64,000 bases of DNA from Corallochytrium limacisporum Hawaii (lineage: Eukaryota > Protista > Pluriformea). This document shows positions 34,501 through 45,874 of the stretch, piece after piece; position 1 is the stretch's first letter; every line of letters starts with the position of its first letter. Location: positions 4,024 to 68,023 of the forward strand of contig PDIP01000149.1 of NCBI GenBank assembly GCA_002811645.1, in the 5' to 3' direction. The translations under genes and the position numbers were made by a program. The notes beneath the pieces are model-generated. The model did not search any database. It was not told where the DNA came from and saw only the letters and a program-made list of their open reading frames with translations.

Positions 34501-36137
34501 TTTGGCCCAGACAATAAAACTAAAGAGGTGGTGGTACACACAGCTCCGTCGCCAGACTTGGCGTCCTAACGAACTGGGAGGGATCCAAACAAGCCAGTCG
34601 CAGATGATGTGCGCCCGCTGACAGGTCAGCAGGCGCGACATCTTCACCAAAAAGTTGAACGCATCCTCTTCCTCTGTGGGTATTTCAACAATCAACCGGT
34701 TCAGGCACCGCCAAGGCGGGGGTTCCAGGGTCTTCGAAAACACACAATGGAACATTGTTCCATTTCCGGAATGGATTCCCCCATTTCTTGAGTACGGAAT
34801 GTGCCCGTATTACCGGGCGCTCGCGTGGGAAGGGTGGGTCCCACGGGTTCGGTCCGGGTTTTTCCAGAGCGGGTCATCGGTGGAGAGCCGGTAGGGAGAC
34901 CCGTCGGCCAACCGGTCCAGATTTAAGCATAAGGGGTGGTCCTACCCCTTTCCTTTGTGGCGTATCCGTGGCTTCAGTGTTCCTTAGGCCACAAGGCTTC
35001 CCAGCTGAAATGGAATTGAATTTAAGATAGTAGGGTAAAATCTCTGTATACGTATAATTTCTGATCTGCCATCTACAATCCTGCCCAATGGGACGACGGA
35101 CATGCGTTCACGCATAAATCTTCTCGTCCCCTCTCGTTACGACACCTTTTGAATGTCTGAACATCTGAATGCAACCATACCTTGAAATCCTTGACCTCTG
35201 TGACTGTTTTGGGATGGTCAACCATGGTCTAGTCGGCATTACTAGAACATGTCAAATGACTATATTTAGAATGATAAGGATGAATGAACGTATGGATGTG
35301 GGTATGGGTATGGATGCCGTAATGTGAGATGTGAATGAATGGATGTGGCAATGAACTTGATCAGTATGTATGCGCAAGGGTTGATGGCATCTCGAACGTA
35401 CGAAGAAGAATCTGAGCTTCCTAGTTGGACTGCTTTCAGAGCCCTTTTCAGCTGCCATCCGTACACAAACGTGCTCGCCAAACGACCGCCTATGAAGCAA
35501 CACGTGATGAATGCAGGGTTCTGCCAAAGCTATCACACATTGCAGGAGACCTCAGAACAGAAATGCTCTGCAGCGACCTGCAGCAGACATCATACAAATG
35601 GCGGGTCGGTGTACAACCATTGTATTCCGCCGTTGAACTCCTGATGTCTCTCCAAGACGGCAGCTGTGTCTGTGGGAATAGGAGTAGGTGATAGGGAAAG
35701 GCCTGTCCCAGGGAAATTGTAGATACCGATATTTTCGTTGCCATGTAGCCAGCGCATGGACAAGAAGATACAGAAGCCGGTCGTGTTTGTTGTGATAATG
35801 GATAGACTGGTTGTTCCTTGCCGGTAACTCTGAAGTATGCAGGATGTGCGATTGCTCTGCTTGGAGCGTTCGCGGCGAAGGGAATGCTCTGGAAGTAGTT
35901 TTGCTTTGGCGTTTGGTTTTGGTTTGTTATCTTTTACATTGGTTTTGTTCGTTTCATTTCTTTTTTTTTTCTTTGTTTTGGTCTCTTGCATGCCTTCTTT
36001 TGATTTTTTTTTCAGTTCGCATGTCATTCTTAACTTATGTTTTTGGTATTGGAGAATGGTTGTGACTCGACTGGGGATGGTATGGGTGCCGTGGTACTGC
36101 ATGGCTGAGGGGTGCACCGTCACATCGTGGGGTACAG

Positions 36138-38564
36138 TTAGTCCTCCATGCTGTCACCACCGTGACCCTGCTGACCCCATGCTTGTGACTGCTGCTGGCT
36201 AGCCTGCTGAGGCTGCTGCCAGCCCGTCTGGTCCTCCTGCTGCGTCCCTCCTTGCTGTTGTTGGTTCCAGCCACCCTGCTGCTCACCAGCAGACGGCTGC
36301 CCAATTGCCGGAGCAGCATGACCAAAAGAAGGAGTGCCTCCGCCAAATTGAGGACCAGCCTGAGGTTGCTGCTGCTCTTGCTGCGGATGCGCCCCAACGC
36401 GCACGGTGAAGTTGGACTGTGCACAGCTTTGACCGGCGCTTTGTGCCTGGGCAGAGTTACTGTACTGTACGTAGGCATCGGAGTCGGACACCATCTTCAG
36501 TTGCTCGATGCGACCGTAGTTTTTGAAATGTGAGAACAGTTGTTTGCTGGTTGTTCCGGCCGGCAGATTCTCAAGGACGAGCGTACGCTGGTCCAATGGT
36601 TCCTGGGGACCAGTGGTGTTTGGAATAAAGATCCCACCACGGCCACGGCCCCTGCCCCGGGGCGCACCACGGCCACGGTATGTGCCGCGACCGCGGTACC
36701 CACCGCGAGGATTGTAGCCTCCCTGATAGTACCCACCTTGGGGTCCGGATCCGAAGCCGCTAAATTGGTCACCCCCGGAATCTTGGCTCTGTGCATCCAC
36801 AGAATCGCTGCCGGCCATTGCATTGTCCTGCTCGTCGCCGGGTGCTGCCATGCTATCGCCACCAGATTGCTGCTGCTGCTGCTGTCCTTCCTGGACCTGA
36901 CTCTGCTGCTGTGCCTGTTCCTGAGCAGCTATCGCCGCCTGAAGGGCCTGGTTGGCCTCTTCCACAGTCTTCTTGTGCTGTTCAGCCATGGTCTGCAGCT
37001 GCTGCAACATTTGCATCGCTTCGGCTGCTTCAGTCTGCTTACCATCGTTGGTCAGCGCCTCAACCTGCTCCATGACCATCTTCTGCTGCTGAATGCTCTC
37101 GTCGAGCAATCCCTGGGCCTTGTTGCGGATCTGTTCCTGCATGGCCATTTCTCCGCTACCGGCCTTGGCCATGAGAGCAGCTTTCTTAGCAGCCTGCTTG
37201 GCCTCCCACTCTGCCTTCTTCATGGCCACAAACTCCTCTTTCTTCTTCTTGCGCTCCTCACGGCGTTTCTCTTCGTTGCGGCGCTGCAACTCAAGTAAAG
37301 CTTCCCGCTGTTCAAGAGGACCAGGTTTGTCTAGGTTTGCGTATGAAACGGTGATGAAACGGTTTCCAAAAACGGCTTCTGGCGCATCGTGTGCCGCCTT
37401 TGCGCTGTCTTTGTCGACAAATTCCACGCGAGCTGTCTTGCCGTCCGCGTTCAACCCGGTCTTAATGGTGGCAACTTCGCCAAACTTACTGAAGTGCTCC
37501 ATCAAAGGCATGATCTTGTTCTGTTCAGGAGGGATGCCAGTCACTTCTAAAATAGCTGCAGCCTTTAGAACGTGCTTATGCTTGCACTTGTCACCGTACT
37601 TGCACCAGCCACGTTCGGAGAACGCCCTACAAATACCTTGTTCTTCCTGGCCGGGGGCGTTCGAGGTATCGTGCCTGTATCGACATTTGTCTCCGTACCG
37701 ACAGAAACCTTTGTCACGGAATGCAACACATACCCCGCGCTGATTGCTGTTATCACCACCGTTTGCGTTCTGCTGACCCTCGGCCCTTTCGTGCTTGTGC
37801 CGGCACTTGTCACCAAAGTTGCAACGTCCTTTGGCTGCAAACGCCCGGCAGATCTCTTGGGGCCGTTCGTCGGTGCCATTGTCTCCACCAGTTCGTTCGT
37901 GCAGATTTCGGCACCGGTCACCAAATTTGCAACGTCCAGTCGAGGCGAAGGCGCGACAAATTTGCTTCTCCCGTCGCGAGTTGCCACGGGGACTGCGAGA
38001 ACGGCTACGATCCCGGTTATCCCGTTCATTGTCGTCGCGTTCGCGGCCACGATTCCGCTTATCTGATTTCTCTCCACGCCGCAACCGCCCGCGAAGATCG
38101 TCACCATCTCCTTTCTGATCGTCATTGAACGCACTCTCTCCGAAACGGTTGCGACGGGCCTCCTTCGCGGCCTCCGGGTCCCGGGGTGTGCTTTGCGCGG
38201 ACTGTGGTGCGGACTGTGGTGTAGACTGCTGCTGTGGTTCATCTGCGTACTCTGGCTCGGGTTCTGGCTCTGCTACTGGTTCTTCCGCAGCTCCTTCGTC
38301 ATCGAATCCACCGACCAAGTACGAATTGGTCTCTAGAGCTTCGATCAGATCCCGAACCAATGTATCCGTCTGGGGTCCCGCAAATGCACCCAGCATGCCA
38401 GAGAGTTGTGTGCGCAGGAATTCCTCATCATCCTGCTCAGTTTCCTCCAACCAATCAACCGCTTGCTTGGCCAACCCCGGGGCCTCTGCTTTCCGATCTG
38501 GTACAACTGCTTTCAGCTCTGTTGCAAGCCATTCAGCCAGTTGATCTGTATCGACAACAAACAT
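36138..38564 (-). CDS. RBM26: RBM26/RBM27-like RNA-binding protein (PWI, 4 CCCH fingers, 2 RRMs, coiled coil, RGG)
   Basis: N-terminal PWI-like DQLAEWL...FxxxxTxxLVxxLIEAL, RS patch, four C-x8-C-x5-C-x3-H fingers, RRM with IPPEQNKI..LMEHFSKFG and PEAVFGNRFITV, RGRGRG, second RRM. Confidence 0.85.
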   Translation of the reverse strand: MFVVDTDQLAEWLATELKAVVPDRKAEAPGLAKQAVDWLEETEQDDEEFLRTQLSGMLGAFAGPQTDTLVRDLIEALETNSYLVGGFDDEGAAEEPVAEPEPEPEYADEPQQQSTPQSAPQSAQSTPRDPEAAKEARRNRFGESAFNDDQKGDGDDLRGRLRRGEKSDKRNRGRERDDNERDNRDRSRSRSPRGNSRREKQICRAFASTGRCKFGDRCRNLHERTGGDNGTDERPQEICRAFAAKGRCNFGDKCRHKHERAEGQQNANGGDNSNQRGVCVAFRDKGFCRYGDKCRYRHDTSNAPGQEEQGICRAFSERGWCKYGDKCKHKHVLKAAAILEVTGIPPEQNKIMPLMEHFSKFGEVATIKTGLNADGKTARVEFVDKDSAKAAHDAPEAVFGNRFITVSYANLDKPGPLEQREALLELQRRNEEKRREERKKKKEEFVAMKKAEWEAKQAAKKAALMAKAGSGEMAMQEQIRNKAQGLLDESIQQQKMVMEQVEALTNDGKQTEAAEAMQMLQQLQTMAEQHKKTVEEANQALQAAIAAQEQAQQQSQVQEGQQQQQQSGGDSMAAPGDEQDNAMAGSDSVDAQSQDSGGDQFSGFGSGPQGGYYQGGYNPRGGYRGRGTYRGRGAPRGRGRGRGGIFIPNTTGPQEPLDQRTLVLENLPAGTTSKQLFSHFKNYGRIEQLKMVSDSDAYVQYSNSAQAQSAGQSCAQSNFTVRVGAHPQQEQQQPQAGPQFGGGTPSFGHAAPAIGQPSAGEQQGGWNQQQQGGTQQEDQTGWQQPQQASQQQSQAWGQQGHGGDSMED

Positions 38565-41318
38565 TGTGTTAGTCTGCTGCTGGATGTAATAAACTGTGGT
38601 TCTTTAACTGTATGTGATAAAAGGGAACGTCCTATTGGACTCGCTCTAGTACATTCTTTAAATGCTTCCTGTTCCACTGAGCGCTGGAAAGAACCCCTAC
38701 ATGTTAAACAGCCATCATTTCTCAGCACTACACTATTGATCATGCAATATTAATCGAAATACCATCATTATATGGCGAGAAAAACTTTGCCAAGAGGCAC
38801 CACAAAAGGTTCAGTCCACACGCTCTGAGACCCAGTGCCTCCCCCTTTCAATGGACCGGGGTTTGCAGCAACGTGGAAAGTTTGTGGACTCCCGCTTCAA
38901 TTGTTCCCGCCTTAGCGGGACGGGGGATATCTGGTACTGAATGTACCGCAGTCAGGAATATTCGAAGGGTTCTACCAAGCAAACAGTGGGACCATTGTTT
39001 CGAATCAAAATATATGGATTTCGGTGCGCAGGCAGTGGCGATGAGCCTTGGATGGTTGGTCCATGAATTGCTTTAGCAACAGGCACACGATCATGATGGT
39101 AAATAAACACGCTGTTCGGATCTGATTCGTTTTACGCAGAAAAACATTGTGCATTCACATGTCCGATTCGATTTATCATGTTGATTCATCATTGGCATCG
39201 ACAATGTCTGAGGCGCGCACACAATTGGTCACAGGCTAGAGACCATTGGGGTCATCCCAACCTATGGGTTGACCTGGCATCGTGCTCTCATATGCGCGCG
39301 CACCAGCGGTATGCCGATATCCGCAGTGCATCATCGAAGGCAGCAGTCATTCCCAGACTTCTTCTTCCTTTTGCAGTGCACCCTCGCGGCACAGTGTTTG
39401 TGCAAACCATCAATATGGAAATGGATCATCTCCCTGTCTGCAGTGTACCCTGGTGACGTCCGGCAACAATTCTCGGTATAGTTGCATTAGGATGCTGGTT
39501 CCATGCGGCGGCACTGCTGCATCTGTTTAGCGGATTGTCTTCACAGCACCGAGTCCAGTTGACCATGGTCAGCAAATTTTGTGCCTTACACTGTGTACGA
39601 CGGTGCCTTTCCTGAAACGCCCCAAGAAACACTAATCGAAAGTTGGATGCGAAGGGAACGGGGCAGACATGTGAAGAAAACTGCGCCGTTGAACTGTCTA
39701 TAAATCATACTGGGAGTTTAAATATTTTACTGGTAATCACATTAAAAATTCTAAAACATGTTTAAAAAACATACGGAAAGGTAATAAACTGCCATTATAG
39801 AGAAAGTGATGGTCTGGGTGCTTTCGACGAATATCCCACCCTGGACTAGTCCGTACCGACGACCACCTCCTCATACACCCAAAGACCACACACAGTCTTC
39901 GGTGGAAGCCCCGCCTCCCTACAAATACGTCTCGTGTCTGGTTTTACTTTTCTCGACCTCTTGCAAAACAGAAAACTGGAGAGGGCACGGGAGGAAAAGT
40001 GAGAGCTGCGGACAAGGGAAATGAAGCTGGCCCACGGTGCCGGGGGAGGGGGAGGGAGGGGGGGGAAGGAGAGGGTTCGCAAATCGAATAGGAAAAGGGA
40101 GTAGATCTTCGTATGGATTCCTATCTTCCCCGTTATCCCCTATCTCACCCACTCCGATGTCCATAATATGCAAACAACACTCGCTAACGGGTAAACTGCC
40201 CCCTTCTTTCCCCCCCTCCCTACCTCCTCTCCTTCCTCCTCCGGGAGCGCCACCCCTTCCCGTCCAGCCTTTTATTTCCTTGCGATCAAAGCGAGATTTT
40301 TTTTTCTTCGTCTTTCTTGCTTTTCTTTCTTCTCCTTGTGTGGAAACCCAAGGGGATCGGTCTCGGTGATTGCAGGTTATAAGAAAGGGCCTGTTATGCG
40401 CGACGATGATGGTCGGTGTCGGTGGTACTGAATATATGCTGAAGTGTGCATCAAGGGCGGCCAGCGACCGCTGCTGTCGGCGGTTGGCCCCCCCCCGGGG
40501 GGGGTGGGGTTGTCGGGCCGGGCGGGAAGTGGCTGCAAAATCACATAATTATGGCACTGAATGTACTAACCAAAATTTTCTTCTACTTTTTTCATTCACC
40601 GGCGGGGCTGAGGCCCAGTGTGGTGGCGAGATCCTTTCCGAAAGCCCTCACTTTGTATCCCCGATCGAGCAAAGAAATCAGTACTTTCATTATTAAAATA
40701 TATCCACCGGACGTGACGGAAGGGTAGGGACGGGAAGGCCCCCCCTGCACTGCCCGACGCACAGTTCCCGCCCGAACAAAAACACAAGATGAAGCCGCAG
40801 CCACAGAGGCCAGTCGCTGATGAGTATTTACACCGGTCATCCCATACATTTATTACCACTTAGTATTGCGAAAGGGAGAAGGTGGAAACAGTGTGGGGGT
40901 GGGTTCTTGCCTTTTTCGGGACTGGTACCGTGTATGTAAGAGTGGAGGGCGGGGAGGGGGGTAGGGTTAGGGGGGAATCGGGAGACCAGAGAAACGGCCG
41001 GGATTCGACTCCGGGGAGAAGGATTGGTAGTGAAACACAGAGAGAAAAAAAAGACAAAAAGAAAATGTTAAAGTGGAGAGAAAGAGAGGGTGGGGGGAGA
41101 CCCCCCTCCTCCCGTGGCGGAGGGAGGGGGTTACACCGCCGGGCACCGTGGTTTTTGTGGCGGCAAAAAGCAAAAACAGAGAAAGCGCACGGCAAGAGGG
41201 GCCTTTGCGAACCGAAATGGTCCCCGGGCCGTTGAGGACGGCTTGCCGGAATGAATGATTTCAATAGAAAGGGAGACAGAATAAAAAAAAAATCATGAGG
41301 GTCACGTCGAAGGGGGGT

Positions 41319-41534
41319 NNNNNNNNNNNNNNNNNNNNNNNNNNNNNNNNNNNNNNNNNNNNNNNNNNNNNNNNNNNNNNNNNNNNNNNNNNNNNNNNNN
41401 NNNNNNNNNNNNNNNNNNNNNNNNNNNNNNNNNNNNNNNNNNNNNNNNNNNNNNNNNNNNNNNNNNNNNNNNNNNNNNNNNNNNNNNNNNNNNNNNNNNN
41501 NNNNNNNNNNNNNNNNNNNNNNNNNNNNNNNNNN
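41319..41534. other. Assembly gap (N run) flanked by G-rich tracts
   Basis: 216 N. Confidence 0.99.
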
Positions 41535-42186
41535 AGGGTGGGGGGGTGCCAAACGGGGAGGAGGGGTGGCGCACCGGGGGCGGACCCTGGAGCCCGTGGT
41601 TTTGTATGGCCCGGTCGAGGAAGCCGGGACACCGGTGGCCATTGCTTCTCCTTGGTGGTAGTCTGGTGGGGGGGGGGGCTTCTGTGATGGTGGAATCTCT
41701 TTCAAAACCGCTCACGCTCCACTCTGCGTGCCGCAGACCAATACTCACATACCCACAGAAAGGCTCACACATTCCCCGAATCTCGGCTTCCATTTGGCTT
41801 GGTCGTGCCGGCCCTGCTACTGTGTATCGCGGTACAGTATGGGTATTGCGACACTGCGGGAGCTCTTCGTTTGGGGCGTATTCTATCATATTTGTCGAGG
41901 CCATATGGGTTAGTGATTAACGTGCGATGGAAGTGTCGCTCTGCCTTATGCGTTCTACGTACTTAGAGAGATGTATCTTTGAAATCGTTGCAGAGAATGG
42001 GCAATGGTTCATTAGGTGACAATGTCATAACGGAAGGAATTAGCGGGAACAATCAGTACAATATATAGTGCAATAGGAAAGGACATGGATAACTCGGGTC
42101 CACTGGCCACTCTTGAAACGACCCTGGCACAGATATAAGTTTCACAACTGCATGGTGGAGACTGCGTCACGGCACAAATCTACACA

Positions 42187-44454
42187 ATGATTGTAAAACC
42201 GTACTTCCCACCGTTTCTCAAGAACGGTTTTCCGCATAGTCTTGCAGTCCTGAAACGGCCCGATAGCCAGGCTATTCGACGGAGCAGGTCTCTAGATCGC
42301 AACACTGCGACCAGCAAAGGCCTCGTGCCCAATGGAAGTAACACCAGCGGAGACACTACTCCGGAGACTAGCCCACGAAAGGGCCCCTCTCTCGGATCAG
42401 AACTTGCGTCCAAGAGCAGTGACTCTCTCAGAGGAACCATTAGGAATGGAATCAGCCCCTTGCTTCGTCGCAAATCAAGAGACGTTACGGCCAGTTCAGG
42501 CAGAGTGACCCCGGCGGTCCAGGACTATGCAAGCAAGTACGAAAACGAATATTTTTTACTAGCACATTTGGAGTCGTGGGCTCTCCTGCACAAGGCGGTG
42601 TACAAGACACGGTACTGGATCCTCATGAAGGGAAGCTCTCTGAGTCCACGCTCTCCAATCAACCCGGAAGGCAATGCTTACATTGTTATTGCTAAGGCGG
42701 AGGACAAGGATGACATTCTCGCCGATTGGAAGAGTTTGGAAGATAAGGTCTTGCCCAGGCTACGCGATAATCCAGCCATGGCTGACCGAATCGATGAGGT
42801 CATCAAGCAGCTGCTTAATAGTGGTGATATTTATCCCGTAACCTTCAAACGCAGCGGCAGTGTTGTTGTGCGCCGGGTTGGAAAGTACAAAGTCATTCAG
42901 CGTCTCGGTCGGGGTGCCTTTGGTGCCATTCGTTTGGCCGTTGACGAGGAGACGGGACAAAAGGTTGCGCTGAAAATGGGCGATGTAAAGCGTAAGGACG
43001 CCATGCGGACTTTCCGACGCGAGAGCGAGGTCATGCGCAATCTACATCATCCCAACGTTGTGGCAGCGTACCAACTGATCACAAGTGATACGTTTGTTTG
43101 CCTTGTGCTTGAGTACTGCTCCGGAGGCGACTTGCTATCGTACATCAACGAATCTCCCGCAGGTATGCTGACTGATCGGGAAGCCAAGCGGATTACTTTT
43201 GAATTGTGTCAAGGAATCAATTACCTTCACGAACACGGGATTATTCATCGTGACATCAAGCCGGGAAACATTCTGCTCGACGCAAAGAGACGTGTCAAAG
43301 TTATCGACTTCGGTCTTGCCCGCTTCGTCGAGAAGGGTAATTTCATGGCCAAGACCCTCTGCGGTTCGCCATTCTATGCCGCTCCGGAACTGCTGACGCG
43401 CAACTACGACGGTGCCAAAGCTGATATGTGGAGCATCGGTGTTGTCCTGTATAACATGGTCACAGGTGAGGCACCGTACGCTGGCGATCCTAACGCACCC
43501 TTGCCCAAGTTCCTGAAGGGGTTGCAGCATTATCGTTTCACTCTTCCACGGTATGTGAACAGAAAGCCTGGCGAAATCATTGCCAAACTCATGGTCCTTG
43601 ACCCGCAGCAGCGTGCTGGTATGAGGGAGATTCTCGATGACGACTGGTTCTACAGCGTCAGGGCAATGTATGAAGCGAGCCTGAAGTTCAATGTCGAAAG
43701 CGAACGGGACGACCGGGAACACATGCGCAAACGGGCTCGGGAGTTGACTGAAATAACCCGGGAACGCATCCAGGACAAATACTGGAAGGAATGGAAGAAA
43801 GAAGGGGAAACCACAATTTACGTGCCCAAGGATGACCGCAAGTGCGAGAAGAATCGCTACATTTCCGTGATGCAGCGGGCACCCCTGCATTTTGACTGTA
43901 GTGAAGTGGCGACGAATCTATCTAGTTTGCATGATAGTGAATATGCCATCGAACAGCCGGAGCGTGTTGAGGTCTACTCCAACCACACATATGTGATCTA
44001 TAGTGCCCACCAACGCCAAGGGCGGCTAGGCTTCGGTAAAGAGAGCCGCGATTTCGTTACGTTGGTACACAAAGACATTGTCGTCAACGATGAGAAGGAG
44101 CTACAGGAGGTCTGTGTAGGAGCACAGAGCGTTGACCACTGGGCGGTGCCCTCACAAGCAGACTGGGTACGGGCTAAGACGCGTCATTTGGGGGCGCTGG
44201 TGACCAAGACCGGTGATCATGAATGCCATCTGACAGTTATTTATGACCTCGACCTAACCAAACCAGTTAGCGGTTCAATCTACAAGGACCTCTTTACAGA
44301 GGCGGCACATGGCGTTGACCGCGTCCGTCAGCGCCTGGAAGCAAAGCACACACACGATTACGGCAACTGGATGGCCAAGAAGCAGGCCAAGCGGGGACAT
44401 GGCAGTCGGATCGATCTGGCTAGTTTCTTTGCGTCCAGTAGAGATCAAAGTTGA
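42187..44454 (+). CDS. Ser/Thr kinase (CAMK group, AMPK/SNF1/MARK-like) with C-terminal START-like domain
   Basis: LGRGAFG, VALK, HRDIKPGNILL, DFG, TLCGSPFYAAPE, DMWSIGVVLY. C-terminal SRDFVTL, SVDH..VP....VRA and CHLTVIYDLDL are START-type motifs. Confidence 0.92.
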   Translation: MIVKPYFPPFLKNGFPHSLAVLKRPDSQAIRRSRSLDRNTATSKGLVPNGSNTSGDTTPETSPRKGPSLGSELASKSSDSLRGTIRNGISPLLRRKSRDVTASSGRVTPAVQDYASKYENEYFLLAHLESWALLHKAVYKTRYWILMKGSSLSPRSPINPEGNAYIVIAKAEDKDDILADWKSLEDKVLPRLRDNPAMADRIDEVIKQLLNSGDIYPVTFKRSGSVVVRRVGKYKVIQRLGRGAFGAIRLAVDEETGQKVALKMGDVKRKDAMRTFRRESEVMRNLHHPNVVAAYQLITSDTFVCLVLEYCSGGDLLSYINESPAGMLTDREAKRITFELCQGINYLHEHGIIHRDIKPGNILLDAKRRVKVIDFGLARFVEKGNFMAKTLCGSPFYAAPELLTRNYDGAKADMWSIGVVLYNMVTGEAPYAGDPNAPLPKFLKGLQHYRFTLPRYVNRKPGEIIAKLMVLDPQQRAGMREILDDDWFYSVRAMYEASLKFNVESERDDREHMRKRARELTEITRERIQDKYWKEWKKEGETTIYVPKDDRKCEKNRYISVMQRAPLHFDCSEVATNLSSLHDSEYAIEQPERVEVYSNHTYVIYSAHQRQGRLGFGKESRDFVTLVHKDIVVNDEKELQEVCVGAQSVDHWAVPSQADWVRAKTRHLGALVTKTGDHECHLTVIYDLDLTKPVSGSIYKDLFTEAAHGVDRVRQRLEAKHTHDYGNWMAKKQAKRGHGSRIDLASFFASSRDQS

Positions 44455-44635
44455 AGGCACTGCCAGAACGATACCTCAATGACTCCAACAAAGCATAACA
44501 CATTCACCCTTGCCATATCTGTCTTGTAAAATCACACATCATACATTGCTCTGTCACTAATACATGAACTTGTTCTATTCATTCATACGCTAATAGTTTG
44601 GTATGTCACAGCACTGAATGTTGTTCTCAGATCGT

Positions 44636-45328
44636 CTACTGAGCTTTGGCACGCGCCTCACTGCAGCTCTTGCAGGTCTCGTGCATGGGCTTGTTCACCT
44701 CCTGCACTTCGGGTCTGGCATTCATCGAGTCCAGGAAATTGCGCAGGCGTGGGAACTTATTGCCTTGAATGTCCGCGACACCATGTTTCTCAAAATGGTG
44801 AAGGCAGACGTACATAACAACGTCCGCATAGGTAAGCCCAACATCTTTGCCGAGCACAAACTCCGAGTTATCCTGGAAGTACTTTTCTTCCAGCATGGGT
44901 AGGGTATCAGCAGCTCCCTTTTGGAGCTCCTCCACCCGCGCGTGATCCACCGATGTGCTGAAGAGGGGCTTAAAGCTCAAGTGATAGCCCAGTCCACCTG
45001 CAGGGCCCCAGATCAGGTCCCTGCACAGCTGAATGGCCTCGTGCATGCGCGCGTTGACCTTGCGGTCCGAGGGTACCAGTTTTTTGCATTCTTCACGTCC
45101 CAGATACTCGAGGATAGCGAAGGACTCAGTCAGCTCAAAGTCTCCGTCCTTCAAAACTGGGACCTTACAGCGGACATTTAGGCGGAGGAATTCGTCTGTC
45201 TTGTGTTCACCCTTGTGCAGCATAAGATTGTGGAGTTCAAAGTTCACATGGCAAAGATTCAGAGACACATGGACAATACGGCATGGGTTGGACAGGCCCT
45301 CGGCCATATTGTACATTTGTAAAACCAT
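44636..45328 (-). CDS. Glutathione S-transferase, theta-like
   Basis: LSNPCR active-site motif, KVPVLKDGDFELTESFAILEYL, C-terminal LTYADV and FPRL. Confidence 0.93.
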   Translation of the reverse strand: MVLQMYNMAEGLSNPCRIVHVSLNLCHVNFELHNLMLHKGEHKTDEFLRLNVRCKVPVLKDGDFELTESFAILEYLGREECKKLVPSDRKVNARMHEAIQLCRDLIWGPAGGLGYHLSFKPLFSTSVDHARVEELQKGAADTLPMLEEKYFQDNSEFVLGKDVGLTYADVVMYVCLHHFEKHGVADIQGNKFPRLRNFLDSMNARPEVQEVNKPMHETCKSCSEARAKAQ

Positions 45329-45874
45329 CTTTGACTGCGTATTAGGACCGTCATGCGTCAGATATGCAAATTATAGATGATCAATACTTCTTGAACATGT
45401 ACGCATGGGAAAGGTACTCTAGGTAGCTTTCGGCACATGGTGCGTACCATTTCGTGTACGGGTGGTGCTTGTTCCAGGACGAGATTCCCTCCTTCCATAC
45501 GGATGGAATCCATGGAAGGCATGAATAAGAGATGCGCAACAAACGAATCCCGAAGTTATTATCCCTAATCAGCGGAAGTGAGGGAGAACAATATGCGATG
45601 GTCCCATCCCTACCCGCACTGGCCAAGAGAGGGAGTCCATTTCTCACAGGCCCGCCTCGAGGGGCTTTGGGTGGGCGATGATTTGTGTGGGCCTTGCCCC
45701 GGTTTCGAAATCTGACAGTGCAGTACATAGGCTCTTTTTCTGATCATCATGTTCAGATTTGCCGTCACCCTTCGCAACTCTAAAGGACCAACTGGCGACA
45801 TCAATTAACGTCATACGCATCTAACATTTGTATGGTATAATTTTACTCTGTGTAGCTGGCGTTGCATTCTTCAA

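Noticed and set aside
35639-35644. TCC-TGA-TG resembling the ODC antizyme +1 frameshift site at the end of ORF 35339..35644
   Set aside because: The +1 frame closes after 12 codons, has no antizyme similarity, and lies antisense to the RBM26/27 3' region.
36540-43890. Long antisense ORFs inside RBM26/27, the kinase and other genes
   Set aside because: Shadow ORFs expected from codon bias of the sense gene; no motifs.
6460-45328. Apparent glutathione/redox gene cluster (SLC25A39/40, SelW, GST)
   Set aside because: Only two genes are adjacent, GST is 35 kb away, and no shared element was seen; compatible with chance.
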